This document shows positions 38,141-51,807 of a stretch of DNA of 64,000 nt, piece after piece. The first letter of the stretch is position 1. Every line of letters begins with the position of its first letter. Position numbers and translations under genes: made by a program. The stretch is from assembly GCA_964016885.1 (NCBI GenBank), contig OZ024741.1, positions 4,340,001 to 4,404,000 of the forward strand, in the 5' to 3' direction. Below the pieces are notes generated by a model. That model searched no databases. It saw only the letters and a program-made list of their open reading frames with translations, and was not told the DNA's origin. The DNA is from Eledone cirrhosa. Its lineage: Eukaryota.

Positions 38141-39605
38141 GTGGGTGTTTACCAAGTCAGTTGCCAGGCGTCGGAGCTTCAATGAATACATGCCCAGGGA
38201 AGCAAGGCGCTCAGAGTATGGTAGATGCCTGATGGAGGGTATTCGCTTGGTTGCACGTCTCTGAACAGTTTCCAGGCGGTCAATGTCCTGAGCAAGATAG
38301 GGGTTCCAGACTGGTGATGCAAATTCTAAGTGTGGTCGCACCATAGCTGTATACAGCCTTAAATAGATATCTGGAGAGCGGCTGACAAAGGTCTTGCTGA
38401 GTGATGCTAAGACACCCTCGGCCCTCTTGACAATTTTAGAGACGTGCCTCGTCCAACGCAAATCGCTACTGACCGTAATGCCCAGGTCACGTTCACAGGA
38501 AGACTTCTTGATATTAGTGGTGAAGGGAGTATGTGGACGCTGGGTTTTTACTGCCACAATGCATGGTGGTGCACTTGTCCACAGCTAGCTTGAGTTGCCA
38601 GTCTGATATCCATTGTTGCATTGTGTCCAGGTCAGACTGCAAGCAAGATCTATAGTGTTCAGGATCTGTCCTTTTTATCTCAAGGTACAGCTTGATGTCG
38701 TCTGCGTACTTTAGTACTGTGGCATTCCTTAAGTTGGCATCTATGTCTTCAATATATGCCACAAACAAAAGTGGGCCAAGAACAGACCCTGTGGTACACC
38801 AGATGACATCTCATATGGTGAGGAATGCTGTCCCAGAACCGTGACTACCTCTCTTCGACTGAGAATGAAGGACTTCAACCAGTTAAAAAGATCATCCTTC
38901 ACACCCATTGCAGAGAGTTTTGCCATATGCCTTTTGTGTGGCACAGAATTGAAGGCCTTCGCAAAGTCAAGGTAAACAACATCCATCCATGAGCCGCCAT
39001 CAGTGATCCGGGTGATGTCCTCAAGAAACTCTATAAGTTGATCACAGGAGCTGGAGTTGGGGATAAATCCAAATTGCGAGGGCTGGATAAGACTGTCAGA
39101 GCTCCAGAAGTTCCAAAGTGTTTCTCTGACACAGGATTCCATCAGTTTGGCGATGCAACTAGTAAGACTGACTGGATGATAGTTCACAGGTGAGGTGCGG
39201 TCACCCTTTTTGAACAGAGGAATGACACTGGCAGTTTTCCACTGTTCTGGAGTAGCACTGTTGTTCAGACAGAATTGGAAGAAGCGTGATAACTGGTGTA
39301 GAAGGAAGTACCCACCACGTTTAAGAATCAGGTACGTAACACTATCAAGACCAGGAGAGGAATGGTTGCGTTTATTTTTTAGGTGACATCGCAGCATTGC
39401 AGGTGTAAATTCTATAGTTGTAATAGAGTCCGGTGTCATAGGTGGTGGAGATGGTACACTCTGGTCTTCAATAGTGAAAATGCCTGCATAGCATTCAGCA
39501 ATGAGCTCTGCCCATTCCTTGGGATCGTCAGTAACCTGGCTTGTGTGGGGATTGCGAAGAGGACCAACTGGAGAGTGAGTCCTCTGCTTTGAGGGAACAT
39601 ACTTA
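38141..39605 (-). mobile_element. CR1-like LINE 'A', 5' half (frameshifted RT region, 5'-truncated)
   Basis: ORFs 38741-39439, 38514-38768 and 38129-38557 are paralogous to LINE B RT. Homology stops at ...LATDLVNTH. Confidence 0.9.
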
Positions 39606-42600
39606 ATGTAGGAACTAGTAACCTACTGTTGGACTATTAGAGATAGTTGGTGTGATGTAGAAACTAGTAACCTACTGTTGGACTATCAGAGATAGTTGGT
39701 GTGATGTAGGAAGTAGTAACCTACTGTTGGACTATCATAGATAGTTGGTGTGATGTAGGAACTAGTAATCTACTGTAGGACTATCAGAGATAGTTACTGT
39801 GATGTAGGAACTAGTAACCTACTGTAGGACTATCATAGATAGTTGGTGTGATGTAGGAACTAGTAACCTACTGTAGGACTGTCAGAGATAGTTGCTGTGA
39901 TGTAGGAACTAGTAACCTACTGTAGGACTATCAGAGATAGTTACTGTGATGTAGGAACTAGTAACTTACTGTTGGACAATCAGAGATAGTTGTTGTGATG
40001 TAGGAACTAGTAACCTACAGTTGGACTATCAGAGATAGTTACTGTGAAGTAGGAACTAGGAACCTACTGTTGTAGTATCAGAGATAGTTACTGTGATGTA
40101 GAAACTAGTAACCTACTGTAGGACTATCAGAGATAGTTACTGTGATGTAAGAACTAATAACCTATTGTTGGACTATCAGAGATAGTTACCGTGATGTAGG
40201 AACTAGTAACCTACTGTAGGACTATCAGAGATAGTTGGTGTGATGTAGGAACTAGTAACCTACTGTGGGTCTATCAGAGATAGTTGGTGTGATGTAGGAA
40301 CTAGTAACCTACAGTAGGACTATCAGAGATAGTTGGTGAGATGTAGGAACTAGTAACCTACTGTAGGACTATCAGAGATAGATGGTGTGATGTAGGAACT
40401 AGTAACCTACTGTAGGACTATCAGAGATAGTTACTGTGATGTAGGAACTAGTAACCTACTTTTGGACTATCAGAGATAGTTGGTGTGATGTATGAACTAG
40501 TAACCTACTGTAGGACAGTCATAGATAGTTGGTGTGATATAGGAACTAGTAACCTACTTTTTGGACTATCAGAGATAGTTGGTGTGATGTAGGAACTACT
40601 AACCTACTGTTGGACTATCACAGATAGTTACTGTGATGTAGGAACTAGTAACCTACTGTTGGACTATCAGAGATAGTTGGTGTTATGTAGAAACTAGTAA
40701 CCTAGTGTAAGACTATCAGAGATTGTTACTGTGATGTAAGAACTAGTAACCTACTGTAGGACTATCAGAGATAGTTGCTGTGATGTAGGAACTAGTAACC
40801 TACTGTTGGACTATCAGAGATAGTTGGTGTGATGTAGGGACTAGTAACCTACTGTTGGACTATCAGAGATAGTTGCTGTGATGTAGGAACTAGTAACCTA
40901 CTGTTGGACTATCAGAGATAGTTGCTGTGATGTAGGAACTAGTAACCTACTGTTGGACTATCAGAGATAGTTAGTGATGTAGTAACTAGTAACCTACTGT
41001 AGGACTATCAGAGATAGTTACTGTGATGTAGTAACTAGTAACCTACTGTAGGACTGTCAGAGATAGTTACTGTGATGTAGGAACTAGTAACCTACTGTAG
41101 GACTATCATAGATAGTTGGTGTGATGTAGGAACTAGTAACCTACTGTAGGACTGTCAGAGATAGTTGCTGTGATGTAGGAACTAGTAACCTACTGTAGGA
41201 CTATCAGAGATAGTTGGTGTGATGTAGGAACTAGTAACCTACTGTTGGACTATCAGAGATAGTTGGTGTGATGTAGGAAATAGTAACCTACCGTTGGACT
41301 ATCAGAGATAGTTACTGTGATGTAGGAACTAGTAACCTACTGTTGGACTGTCAGAGATAGTTACTGTGATGTAGGAACTAGTAACCTACTGTAGGACTAT
41401 CAAAGATAGTTGGTGTGATGTAGGAACTAGTAACCTACTGTTGGACTATCGGAGATAGTTGGTGTGATGTAGGAACTAGTAACCTACTGTAGGACTATCA
41501 GAGATAGTTGGTGTGATGTAGGAACTAGTAACCTACTGTTGGACTGTCAGAGATAGTTGGTGTTATGTAGGAACTAGTAACCTACTGTTGGGCTGTCAGA
41601 GATAGTTGGTGTGATGTAGGAACTAGTAACCTACTGTAGGACTATCAGAGATAGTTGGTGTGATGTAGAAACTAGTAACCTAGTGTAAGACTATCAGAGA
41701 TAATTACTGTGATGTAAGAACTAGTAACCTACTGTTGGACTATCAGAGATAGTTGGTGTGATGTAGGAACTAGTAACCTACTGTTGGACTGTCAGAGATA
41801 GTTGGTGTGATGTAGGAACTAGTAACCTACTGTAGGACTATCAGAGATAGTTGGTGTGATGTAGAAACTAGTAACCTAGTGTAATACTATCAGAGATAAT
41901 TACTGTGATGTAAGAACTAGTAACCTACTGTAGGACTATTAGAGATAGTTGGTTTATGTAGGAACTAGTAACCTACTGTAGGACTATCAGAGATAGTTAC
42001 TGTGATGTAGGTACTAGTAACCTACTGTTGGACTATCAGAGATAGTTGGTGTGATGTAGGAACTAGTAACCTACTGTAGGACTATCAGAGATAGTTACTG
42101 TGATGTAGGAACTAGTAACCTACTGTAGGACTATCAGAGATAGTTGGTGTGGTGTAGGAACTAGTAACCTACTGTAGGACTATCAGAGATAGTTGGTGAG
42201 ATGTAGGAACTAGTAATCTACTGTTGGACTATCAGAGATAGTTACTGTGATGTAGGAACTAGTAACCTACTGTAGGACTATCAGAGATAGTTGGTGTGAT
42301 GTAGGAACTAGTAACCTACTGTAGGACTATCAGAGATAGTTACTGTGATGTAGGAACTAGTAACCTACTGTAGGACTATCATAGATAGTCATTGTGATGT
42401 AGGAACTAGTAACTTACTGTTGGACTATCAGAGATAGTCGTTGTGATGTAGGAACTAGTAACCTACTGTAGGACTATCATAGATAGTTGGTGTGGTGTAG
42501 GAACTAGTAACCTACTGTAGGACTATCAGAGATAGTTGGTGTGATGTAGGAACTAGTAACTTACTGTAGGACTATTAGAGATAGTTGGTGTGATGTAGGA

Positions 42601-45600
42601 ACTAGTAACTTACTGTAGGATTATCAGAGATAGTTGATGAGATGTAGGAACTAGTAACCTACTGTTGGACTATCAGAGATAGTTACTGTGAGGTAGTAAC
42701 TAGTAACCTACTGTAGGACTATTAGAGATAGTTGGTGTGATGTAGGAACTAGTAACTTACTGTAGGACTATCAGAGATAGTTGATGAGATGTAGGAACTA
42801 GTAACCTACTGTTGGACTATCAGAGAGAGTTACTGTGATGTAGTAACTAGTAACCTACTGTAGGACTATCAGAGATAGTTGGTGTGATGTAGGAACTAGT
42901 AACTTACTGTAGGACTATCAGAGATAGTTGGTGTGATGTAGGAACTAGTAACCTACTGTTGGACTATCAGAGATAGTTGATGAGATGTAGGAACTAGTAA
43001 CCTACTGTTGGACTATCAGAGATAGTTGGTGTGATGTAGGAACTAGTAACCTACTGTAGGACTATCAGAGATAGTTGGTGTGATGTAGGAACTAGTAACC
43101 TACTGTAGGACTATCAGAGATAGTTGCTGTGATGTAGGAACTAGTAACCTACTGTAGGACTATCAGAGATAGTTGCTGTGATGTACGAACTAGTAACCTA
43201 CTGTAGGACTATAAGAGATAGTTACTGTGATGTAGTAACTAGTAACCTACTGTAGGACTATTAGAGATAGTTACTGTGATGTAGGAACTAGTAACCTACT
43301 GTTGGACTATCAGAGATAGTTACTGTGATGTAGGAACTAGTAACCTACTGTAGGACTATCAGAGATAGTTGCTGTGATGTAGGAGCTAGTAAGCTACTGT
43401 AGGCTATCAGAGATAGTTGGTGTGATGTAGGAACTAGTAACCTACTGTTGGACTATCAGAGATAGTTGGTGTGATGTAGGGACTAGTAACCTACTGTAGG
43501 ACTGTCAGAGATAGTTACTGTGATGTATTAACTAGTAACCTACTGTACGACTATCAGAGATAGTTACTGTGATGTAGGAACTAGTAACCTACTGTATGAC
43601 TATCAGAGATAGTTGGTGTGATGTAGGAACTAGTAACCTACTGTAGGACTATCGGAGATAGTTGTTGTGATGTAGGAACTAGTAACCTACTGTTGGACTA
43701 TCAGAGATAATAACTGTGATGTAGGAACTAGTAACCTACTGTACGACTATCAGAGATAGTTACTGTGATGTAGTAACTAGTAACCTACTGTAGGACTATC
43801 AGAGATAGTTACTGTGATGTAGGAACTAGTAACCTACTGTAGGACTATCAGAGATAGTTACTGTGATGTAGGAACTAGTAACCTACTGTAGGACTATCAG
43901 AGATAGTTACTGTGATGTATGAACTAGTAACCTACTGTTAGATTACCAGAGATAGTTACTGTGATGTAAGAACTAGTAACCTACTGTAGGACTATCAGAG
44001 ATAGTTACTGTGATGTAGTAACTAGTAACCTACTGTAGGACTATCAGAGATAGTTACTGTGATGTAGGAACTAGTAACCTACTGTTGGATTACCAGAGAT
44101 AGTTACTGTGATGTAGGAACTAGTAACCTACTTACTGTTGGACTATCAGAGATAGTTAGTGTGATGTAGGAACTAGTAACCTACTGTAGGACTGTCAGAG
44201 ATAGTTGGTGTGATGTATGAACTAGTAACCTACTGTTGGACTGTCAGAGATAGTTGGTGTGATGTAGGAACTAGTAACCTACTGTAGGACTATCAGAGAT
44301 AGTTACTGTGATGTAGGTACTAGTAACCTACTGTTGGACTATCACAGATAGTTACTGTGATGTAGGAACTAGTAACCTACTTACTGTTGGACTATCAGGG
44401 ATAGTTGGTGTGATGTAGGAACTAGTAACCTACTGTAGGACTGTCAGAGATAGTTGGTGTGATGTAGGAACTAGTAACCTACTGTAGGACTGTCAGAGAT
44501 AGTTGGTGTGATCTAGGAACTAGTAACCTACTGTTGGATTACCAGAGATAGTTGGTGTGATGCAGTAACTAGTAACCTACTGTAGGACTATCAGAGATAG
44601 TTGGTGTGATGTATGAACTAGTAACCTACAGTTGGACTATCAGAGATAGTTGGTGTGATGTAGGAACTAGTAACCTACTGTAGGACTATCAGAGATAGTT
44701 GGTGTGATGTAGGAACTAGTAACCTTTTGTTGGACTATCAGAGATAATTGGTGAGATGTAGGAACTAGTAACCTACTGTTGGACTATCAGAGATAGTTAC
44801 TGTGATGTAGGAACTAGTAACCTACTGTTGGACTGTCAGAGATAGTTGGTGTGATGTAGGAACTAGTAACCTACTGTAGGACTGTCAGAGATAGTTGGTG
44901 TGATGTAGGAACTAGTAACCTACTTTTGGATTACCAGAGATAGTTACTGTGATGTAGGAACTAGTAACCTACTTACTGTTGGACTATCAGAGATAGTTAG
45001 TGTGATGTAGGAACTAGTAACCTACTGTAGGACTGTCAGAGATAGTTGGTGTGATGTATGAACTAGTAACCTACTGTTGGACTGTCAGAGATAGTTGGTG
45101 TGATGTAGGAACTAGTAACCTACTGTAGGACTATCAGAGATAATTGGTGAGATGTAGGAACTAGTAACCTACTGTTGGACTATCAGAGATAGTTACTGTG
45201 ATGTAGGAACTAGTAACCTACTGTAGGACTATCAGAGATAGTTACTGTGATGTAGGAACTAGTATCCTACTTTTGGACTATCAGAGATAGATGGTGTGAA
45301 GTAGGAACTAGTAACCTACTGTAGGACTATCAGAGATAGTTGGTGTGATGTAGAAACTCGTAACCTAGTGTAAGACTATCAGAGATACTTACTGTGATGT
45401 AAGAACTAGTAACCTACTGTTGGATTATCAGAGATAGTTACTGTGATGTAGGAACTAGTAACCTACTGTAGGACTATCGGAGATAGTTGGTGTGATGTAG
45501 GAACTAGTAACCTACTGTAGGACTATCAGAGATAGTTGTTGTGATGTAGGAACTAGTAACCTACTATTGGACTATCAGAGATAGTTGGTGTGATGTAGGA

Positions 45601-48158
45601 ACTAGTAACCTACTGTAGGACTATCAGAGATAGTTGGTGTGATGTAGTAACTAGTAACCTACTGTAGGACTATCAGAGATAGTTGTTGTGATGTAGGAAC
45701 TAGTAACCTACTGTAGGACTATCAGAGATAGTTACTGTGATGTAGTAACTAGTAACCTACTGTAGGACTATCAGAGATAGTTACTGTGATGTAGTAACTA
45801 GTAACCTACTGTAGGACTATTAGAGATAGTTGGTGAGATGTAGTAACTAGTAACCTACTGTTGGACTATCAGAGATAGTTGGTGTGATGTAGGAACTAGT
45901 AACCTACTGTTGGACTATCAGAGATAGTTGGTGTGATGTAGGAACTAGTAACCTACTGTAGGACTATCAGAGATAGTTGGTGTGATCTAGGAACTAGTAA
46001 CCTACTGTTGGATTACCAGAGATAGTTGGTGTGATGCAGTAACTAGTAACCTACTGTAGGACTATCAGAGATAGTTGGTGTGATGTATGAACTAGTAACC
46101 TACTGTTGGACTATCAGAGATAGTTGGTGTGATGTAGGAACTAGTAACCTACTGTAGGACTATCAGAGATAGTTACTGTGATGTAGGAACTAGTAACCTA
46201 CTGTTGGACTGTCAGAGATAGTTGGTGTGATGTAGGAACTAGTAACCTACTGTAGGACTGTCAGAGATAGTTGGTGTGATGTAGGAAATAGTAACCTACT
46301 GTAGGACTATCAGAGATAGTTGGTGTGATGTAGGAACTAGTAACCTTCTGTTGGACTATCAGAGATAATTGGTGAGATGTAGGAACTAGTAACCTACTGT
46401 TGGACTATCAGAGATAGTTACTGTGATGTAGGAACTAGTAACCTACTGTAGGACTATCAGAGATAGTTACTGTGATGTAGGAACTAGTATCCTACTTTTG
46501 GACTATCAGAGATAGATGGTGTGAAGGAGGAACTAGTAACCTACTGTAGGACTATCAGAGATAGTTGGTGTGATGTAGAAACTAGTAACCTAGTGTAAGA
46601 CTATCAGAGATAATTACTGTGATGTAAGAACTAGTAACCTACTGTAGGACTATTAGAGATAGTTGGTTTATGTAGGAACTAGTAACCTACTGTAGGACTA
46701 TCAGAGATAGTTGGTGAGATGTAGGAACTAGTAACCTACTGTTGGATTATCAGAGATAGTTACTGTGATGTAGGAACTAGTAACCTACTGTAGGACTATC
46801 AGAGATAGTTGGTGTGATGTAGGAACTAGTAACCTACTGTAGGACTATCAGAGATAGTTGTTGTGATGTAGGAACTAGTAACCTACTATTGGACTATCAG
46901 AGATAGTTGGTGTGATGTAGGAACTAGTAACCTACTGTAGGACTATCAGAGATAGTTGGTGTGATGTAGTAACTAGTAACCTACTGTAGGACTATCAGAG
47001 ATAGTTGTTGTGATGTAGGAACTAGTAACCTACTGTAGGACTATCAGAGATAGTTACTGTGATGTAGTAACTAGTAACCTACTGTAGGACTATCAGAGAT
47101 AGTTACTATGATGTAGTAACTAGTAACCTACTGTAGGACTATTAGAGCTAGTTGGTGAGATGTAGTAACTAGTAACCTACTGTTGGACTATCAGAGATAG
47201 TTGGTGTGATGTAGGAACTAGTAACCTACTGTTGGACTATCAGAGATAGTTGCTGTGATGTAGGAACTAGTAACCTACTGTTGGACTATCAGAGATAGTT
47301 GGTGTGATGTAGGAACTAGTAACCTACTGTTGGACTATCAGAGATAGTTACTGTGATGTAGGAACTAGTAACCTACTGTAGGACTATCAGAGATAGTTGG
47401 TGTGATGTAGGAACGAGTAACCTACTGTAGGACTATCAGAGATAGTTGGTGATGTAGGAACTAGTAACCTACTGTCGGACTGTCAGAGATAGTTGTTGTG
47501 CTGTAGGAACTAGTAACCTACTTTTGGACTATCAGAGATAGTTACTGTGATGTAGGTACTAGTAACCTACTGTTGGACTATCACTGATAGTTGGTGTGAT
47601 GTAGGAACTAGTAACGTACTGTAGGACTATCAGAGATAGTTACTGTGATGTAAGAACTAGTAACCTACTGTTGTACTATCAGAGATAGTTGGTGTGATGT
47701 AGGAACTAGTAACCTACTGTAGGACTATTAGAGATAGTTGGTGTGATGTAGAAACTAGTAACCTACTGTAGGACTATCAGAGATAGTTGGTGATGTAGGA
47801 ACTAGTAACCTACTGTCGGACTGTCAGAGATAGTTGGTGTGATGTAGAAACTAGTAACCTACTGTAGGACTATCAGAGATATTTGGTGTGATGTAGTAAC
47901 TAGTAACCTACTGTAGGACTATTAGAGATAGTTACTGTGATGTAGGAACTAGTAACCTACTGTAGGACTATCAGAGATAGTTACTGTGATGTAGGAACTA
48001 GTAAACTACTGTTGGACTATCAGAGATAGTTAGTGATGTAGGAACTAGTAACCTACTACAGGACTATCAGAGATAGTTACTGTGATGTAGGAACTAGTAG
48101 CCTACTGTTGCACTATCAGAGATAGTTACTGTGATGTAGGAACTAGTAACCTACAGTT
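39606..48158. repeat. 49-bp satellite, block 4 (array edge, more heterogeneous)
   Basis: Same monomer with more singleton changes, 47-bp deletion variants and 53-bp CTACTTACTG variants. Confidence 0.97.
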
Positions 48159-48450
48159 AATCAGGTACTACCAGACAGGGTTATACCGAAGGACTGGTGG
48201 AGCAGTACAATGATAAATTGTTACAAGGGCAAAGGTGACGCCCTAGAAAGGAGCAACTATAGAGGAATAAAACTAATGGACCAAGTAATGGAAGTGACAG
48301 AAATAGTTATAAGACAACTAATTAGGGAAAGAATGAAATTAAATGAGATGTAGTTTGGTCTTATGTGAGGGAGGAACACTACAGATGCCCTCTTCTTAGT
48401 GAGACAATTACAAGAGAAGTTCATAGCAAAGAACAAGTCTCAATATCTGG
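48156..48450 (+). pseudogene. Degraded RTE-type LINE reverse transcriptase fragment
   Basis: Hand translation gives IPKDWWSSTMINCYKGKGDALERSNYRGIKLMD...EM*FGLM*GRNTTDALFLVRQLQEKF, with two stop codons. Confidence 0.85.
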
Positions 48451-48465
48451 GGGGGGGGGTAGTTT

Positions 48466-48578
48466 TAGTGGTGGTGGTGTTCGTAGTGATGGCGGTGGTG
48501 GTGGTGGTGGTAGTGTTGGTAGTGGTTGTGGCAGTGGTGGTAGTAGTAGTGGTAGTATTAGGGGTTGTGGCGGTGGTG

Positions 48579-48610
<32 letters not shown>

Positions 48611-49874
48611 GGTGGTGGTGGTGGTAGTGATGGTGGTAGTGGTGGTAGTGGTGGTGGTGGTAGTAGTGGTGGTGGTGGTGGTAGTTTTGGTGGTGGTAGT
48701 AGTAGTGGTGGTGTTGGTAGTGGTGGCAGTGGTGGTGGTGGTGATGGTGGTGGGGTTGGTGGTGGTAGTGGTGGTGGTGGCAGTGGTGGTGGTCGTGCTG
48801 GTAGTGATGGTGGTAGAAGTAGTGGTGGTGGTGGTGGTGGTAGTAGTAGTGGTGGTGGGCGTTGGGGTGGTGGTAGTGGTGGTGCTGGTGCTGGTGGTGG
48901 TAGTTGTGGTGATGGCGGCGGTAGTGGTGGTAGTAGTAGTGGTAGTAGTAGTGGTAGTAGTAGTGGTTGTGGCGGTGGTGATAGTAGTAGCAGTAGTGGT
49001 GGTGGTGTTGGTGGTGGTGGTGATGGTGGTAGTGGTGGTGTTTATGGTGGTGGTGGTAGTAGTGGTGGTGGTGGTGGTGGTGGTGCTGGTGTTGGTAGTG
49101 GTGGTGGCAGTGGTGGTAGTGGTGGTGGTGGTGTTGGTAGTGGTGGTGGCAGTGGTGGTAGTGGTGGTGGTGGTGGTGTTGGTAGTGGTGGTGGCAGTGG
49201 TGTTGGTGGTGGTGGTGGCAGTGATGGTGGTGGTTTTGGTGGTGGTGGTGGTAGTGGTGGTGGCAGTGATGGTGGTACTGGTGGTGGTGGTGCTGGTGGT
49301 GGCGTTGGTAGTGGTGGTGGTGGTGGTAATGGTGGTGGTGGTAGTGTTGGTGGTGGTAGTGGTGGTGGTGGTAGTGTTGGTGGTGGTAGTAGTGGTGGTG
49401 GTGGTGGTGGTGGTGGTTGTAGTACTAGTGGTGGTTGTGGTGGTGGTGGTGGTGGGCGTTGGGGTGGTGGTAGTGGTGGTGGTTGTGGTACTGGTGGTGG
49501 TGGTGCTGGTGGTGGTGGTGGTGGCAGTGGTTGTGGTAGTAGTGGTGGTGGTGGTGGTAGTAGTAGTGGTGGTGGTAGTTTTGGTGATGGTGGTTGTGGT
49601 GGTGGTACTGGTGGTGGTGGTGGTGGTACTGGTGGTGGTGGTAGTGGTGGTGTTGGTGGTGGTGTTGGTAGTGGTGGTGGCAGTGGTGGTGGTGGTGGTG
49701 GTAGTGGTGGTGGTGCTGCTGGTGATGGTGGTGGTGCTGGTGGTAGTGATGGTGGTGGTGGTGGTGTTGGTGGTGGTGGTGTAGGTGGTGGTGGTGGCGG
49801 TGGTAGTTTTTGTGGTGGTGGTGGTGGTAGTAGTAGTAGTAGCAGTAGTGGTGGTGGTGGTAGTAGTGGTAGCG

Positions 49875-49959
<85 letters not shown>

Positions 49960-50084
49960 TAGTAGTAGTAGTAGTAATAGTAGTAGTAGTAGTGGTTTTG
50001 GTGGTGGTGGTAGTAGTAGTAGTAGTGGTAGTAGTAGTAGTAGTAGTAGTAGTAGCAGCAACAGCAGCAGTAGTAGTGGTAGTA

Positions 50085-50152
<68 letters not shown>

Positions 50153-50162
50153 AGTAGTAGTG
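48466..50162. repeat. About 1.7-kb compound trinucleotide tract, (GGT)n grading into (AGT)n
   Basis: Read directly. It gives homopolymeric ORFs in five frames. Confidence 0.97.
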
Positions 50163-50765
50163 ATATTTCGAGTTTGTTTTGATATCATAGTAAAGATGTA
50201 CATAGTGATATCTCTAGAGTTTGTTGTGATATCATAGTAGAGATGTACATAGTGATATCTCTAGAGTTTGTTGTGATATCATAGTAGAGATGTACATAGT
50301 GATATCTCGAGTTTGTTTTGATATCATAGTAGAGATGTACATAGTGATATCTCTAGAGTTTGTTGTGATATCATAGTAGAGATGTACATAGTGATATCTC
50401 TAGAGTTTGTTGTGATATCATAGTAGAGATGTACATAGTGATATCTCTAGAGTTTGTTGTGATATCATAGTAGAGATGTACATAGTGATATCTCTAGAGT
50501 TTGTTGTGATATCATAGTAGAGATGTACATAGTGATATCTATAATAATAATGAAATTATTGTGTAAAGTGCTCAGGTGCACTACAACTCGTCAATATAGT
50601 ACATAGAATAATACACAAATGTCAGGGAAGTACATGTGTGTATGTGTTAGCTGTAGTGTTGGCGGATCTCGGGAAGCATGGAGGCCTCTAGAGTTTGTTG
50701 TGATATCATCGTAGAGATGTACATAGTGATATCTCTAGAGTTTGTGATATCATAGTAGAGATGTA
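50160..50765. repeat. 47-bp minisatellite (GATATCATAGTAGAGATGTACATAGTGATATCTCTAGAGTTTGTTGT)
   Basis: Period 47 (TAGAGTTT at 50401 and 50448), about 9-10 units, interrupted by a LINE 3' end. Confidence 0.95.
50541..50686 (-). mobile_element. 5'-truncated CR1-like 3' end, same subfamily as LINE A
   Basis: Nearly identical to about 32465-32592, with an (ATT)n tail. Confidence 0.9.
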
Positions 50766-51053
50766 GAAGTTAATATTTTGCTATTGAATTTCCTCAGATC
50801 ATCGTAATTAAATTTGATATTCCATATTTCCTGGTAATTAATACACTAAGAATTAAGTTGGGAAATGTCTCGTTGTCTCTGATGTCACCAGAAACACTAT
50901 CGTCTGTCTACACAAATCTATTTAAAACCCGTTGTTTGTAGGGAAAAGCACGGATGTTAAATGATGATGATGGTAAGGAGGGCTGCTGACATCTCTCTCG
51001 CTCTCTCTCTCTACATTCTTCTCCTTTTCTAAGCCTCTTTCAAACAGAAAAAC

Positions 51054-51262
51054 AATACACCCCTACCCCATCACTCGCAATATCCTTGAATAATACACCC
51101 CTACCCCATCAAACGCAATATCCTTGAATATAAGTGCCCCTCTCAATTTTATGTCTAAGAAATGGGCAGCATATCCCTGAATATAAGTGCCCCCTCCCTA
51201 TTTTATGTCTGAGGCAGCTAATCAACATATATTTAGAGGCAGCTAATCAACATATATTTAGA
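51054..51262. repeat. Cluster of short tandem duplications
   Basis: AATACACCCCTACCCCATC..CGCAATATCCTTGAAT x2; TGAATATAAGTGCCCC x2; GAGGCAGCTAATCAACATATATTTA x2. Confidence 0.8.
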
Positions 51263-51496
51263 TGCCGTGCTTTAGAAATTCTCATGAATATAAAATATTT
51301 ATAAAGTTTTAATATTTTGACGTTTAAAAAGTCTTAAGTGTCCCTTAGAATATAGTTGTTGTTTGATAACACAGTTACGACATAAGTGTCTCTATGTTAA
51401 GTTTCAATAAGTTGTTTGATTGTTTGTTTACTTCCAGCTACTTACATGTTAGAAGTACTTTCAAAAGTAGGAGATTAAATAAGAGAACTTATAGGA

Positions 51497-51807
51497 CAGG
51501 GATGGGAAACCTTTTTCAAGTAGTGGGTCACATAGGATGTGGATCAACATATTTGGGCCACAATAGGATGTGGTTCATCATAAGGTGGGCCACATCTAAT
51601 GTGGCTCATCATATTTGGGCCACATTGGATGTGGTTCTTTATAAGGTGAACCACATTGGATGTGGGTCATAATATTTGGGCCACATAGGATGTGGTTCAT
51701 CATATGGTGGGCCACACTACTTAGAAATTCAAGGAAATTCTGAAATTAGGTGTGCCATTGAGAAATGGGCCACATATGGCTCGTGGGCTTCAATTTGGCC
51801 ATGACTG
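51497..51807. mobile_element. Possible hAT/Charlie-like MITE with an internal ~30-bp tandem repeat
   Basis: Imperfect TIRs CAGGGATGGGAAAC / TTTGGCCATGACTG and repeated TGGGCCACATAGGATGTGGTTCATCATA. The 8-bp flanks match only partly (TTATAGGA / GTATAAGG). Confidence 0.5.

Noticed and set aside
1-48158. Palindromic ~49-bp repeats resembling a CRISPR array
   Set aside because: Units are head-to-tail with no unique spacers, there are no cas genes, and the context is eukaryotic transposons.
48365-50237. Long Gly/Ser-, Val-, Thr- and Pro/Leu-rich ORFs suggesting a structural protein or mucin
   Set aside because: The ORFs are open in five frames because of the trinucleotide tract, their starts fall in a dead RTE fragment or a minisatellite, and there is no signal peptide or gene structure.
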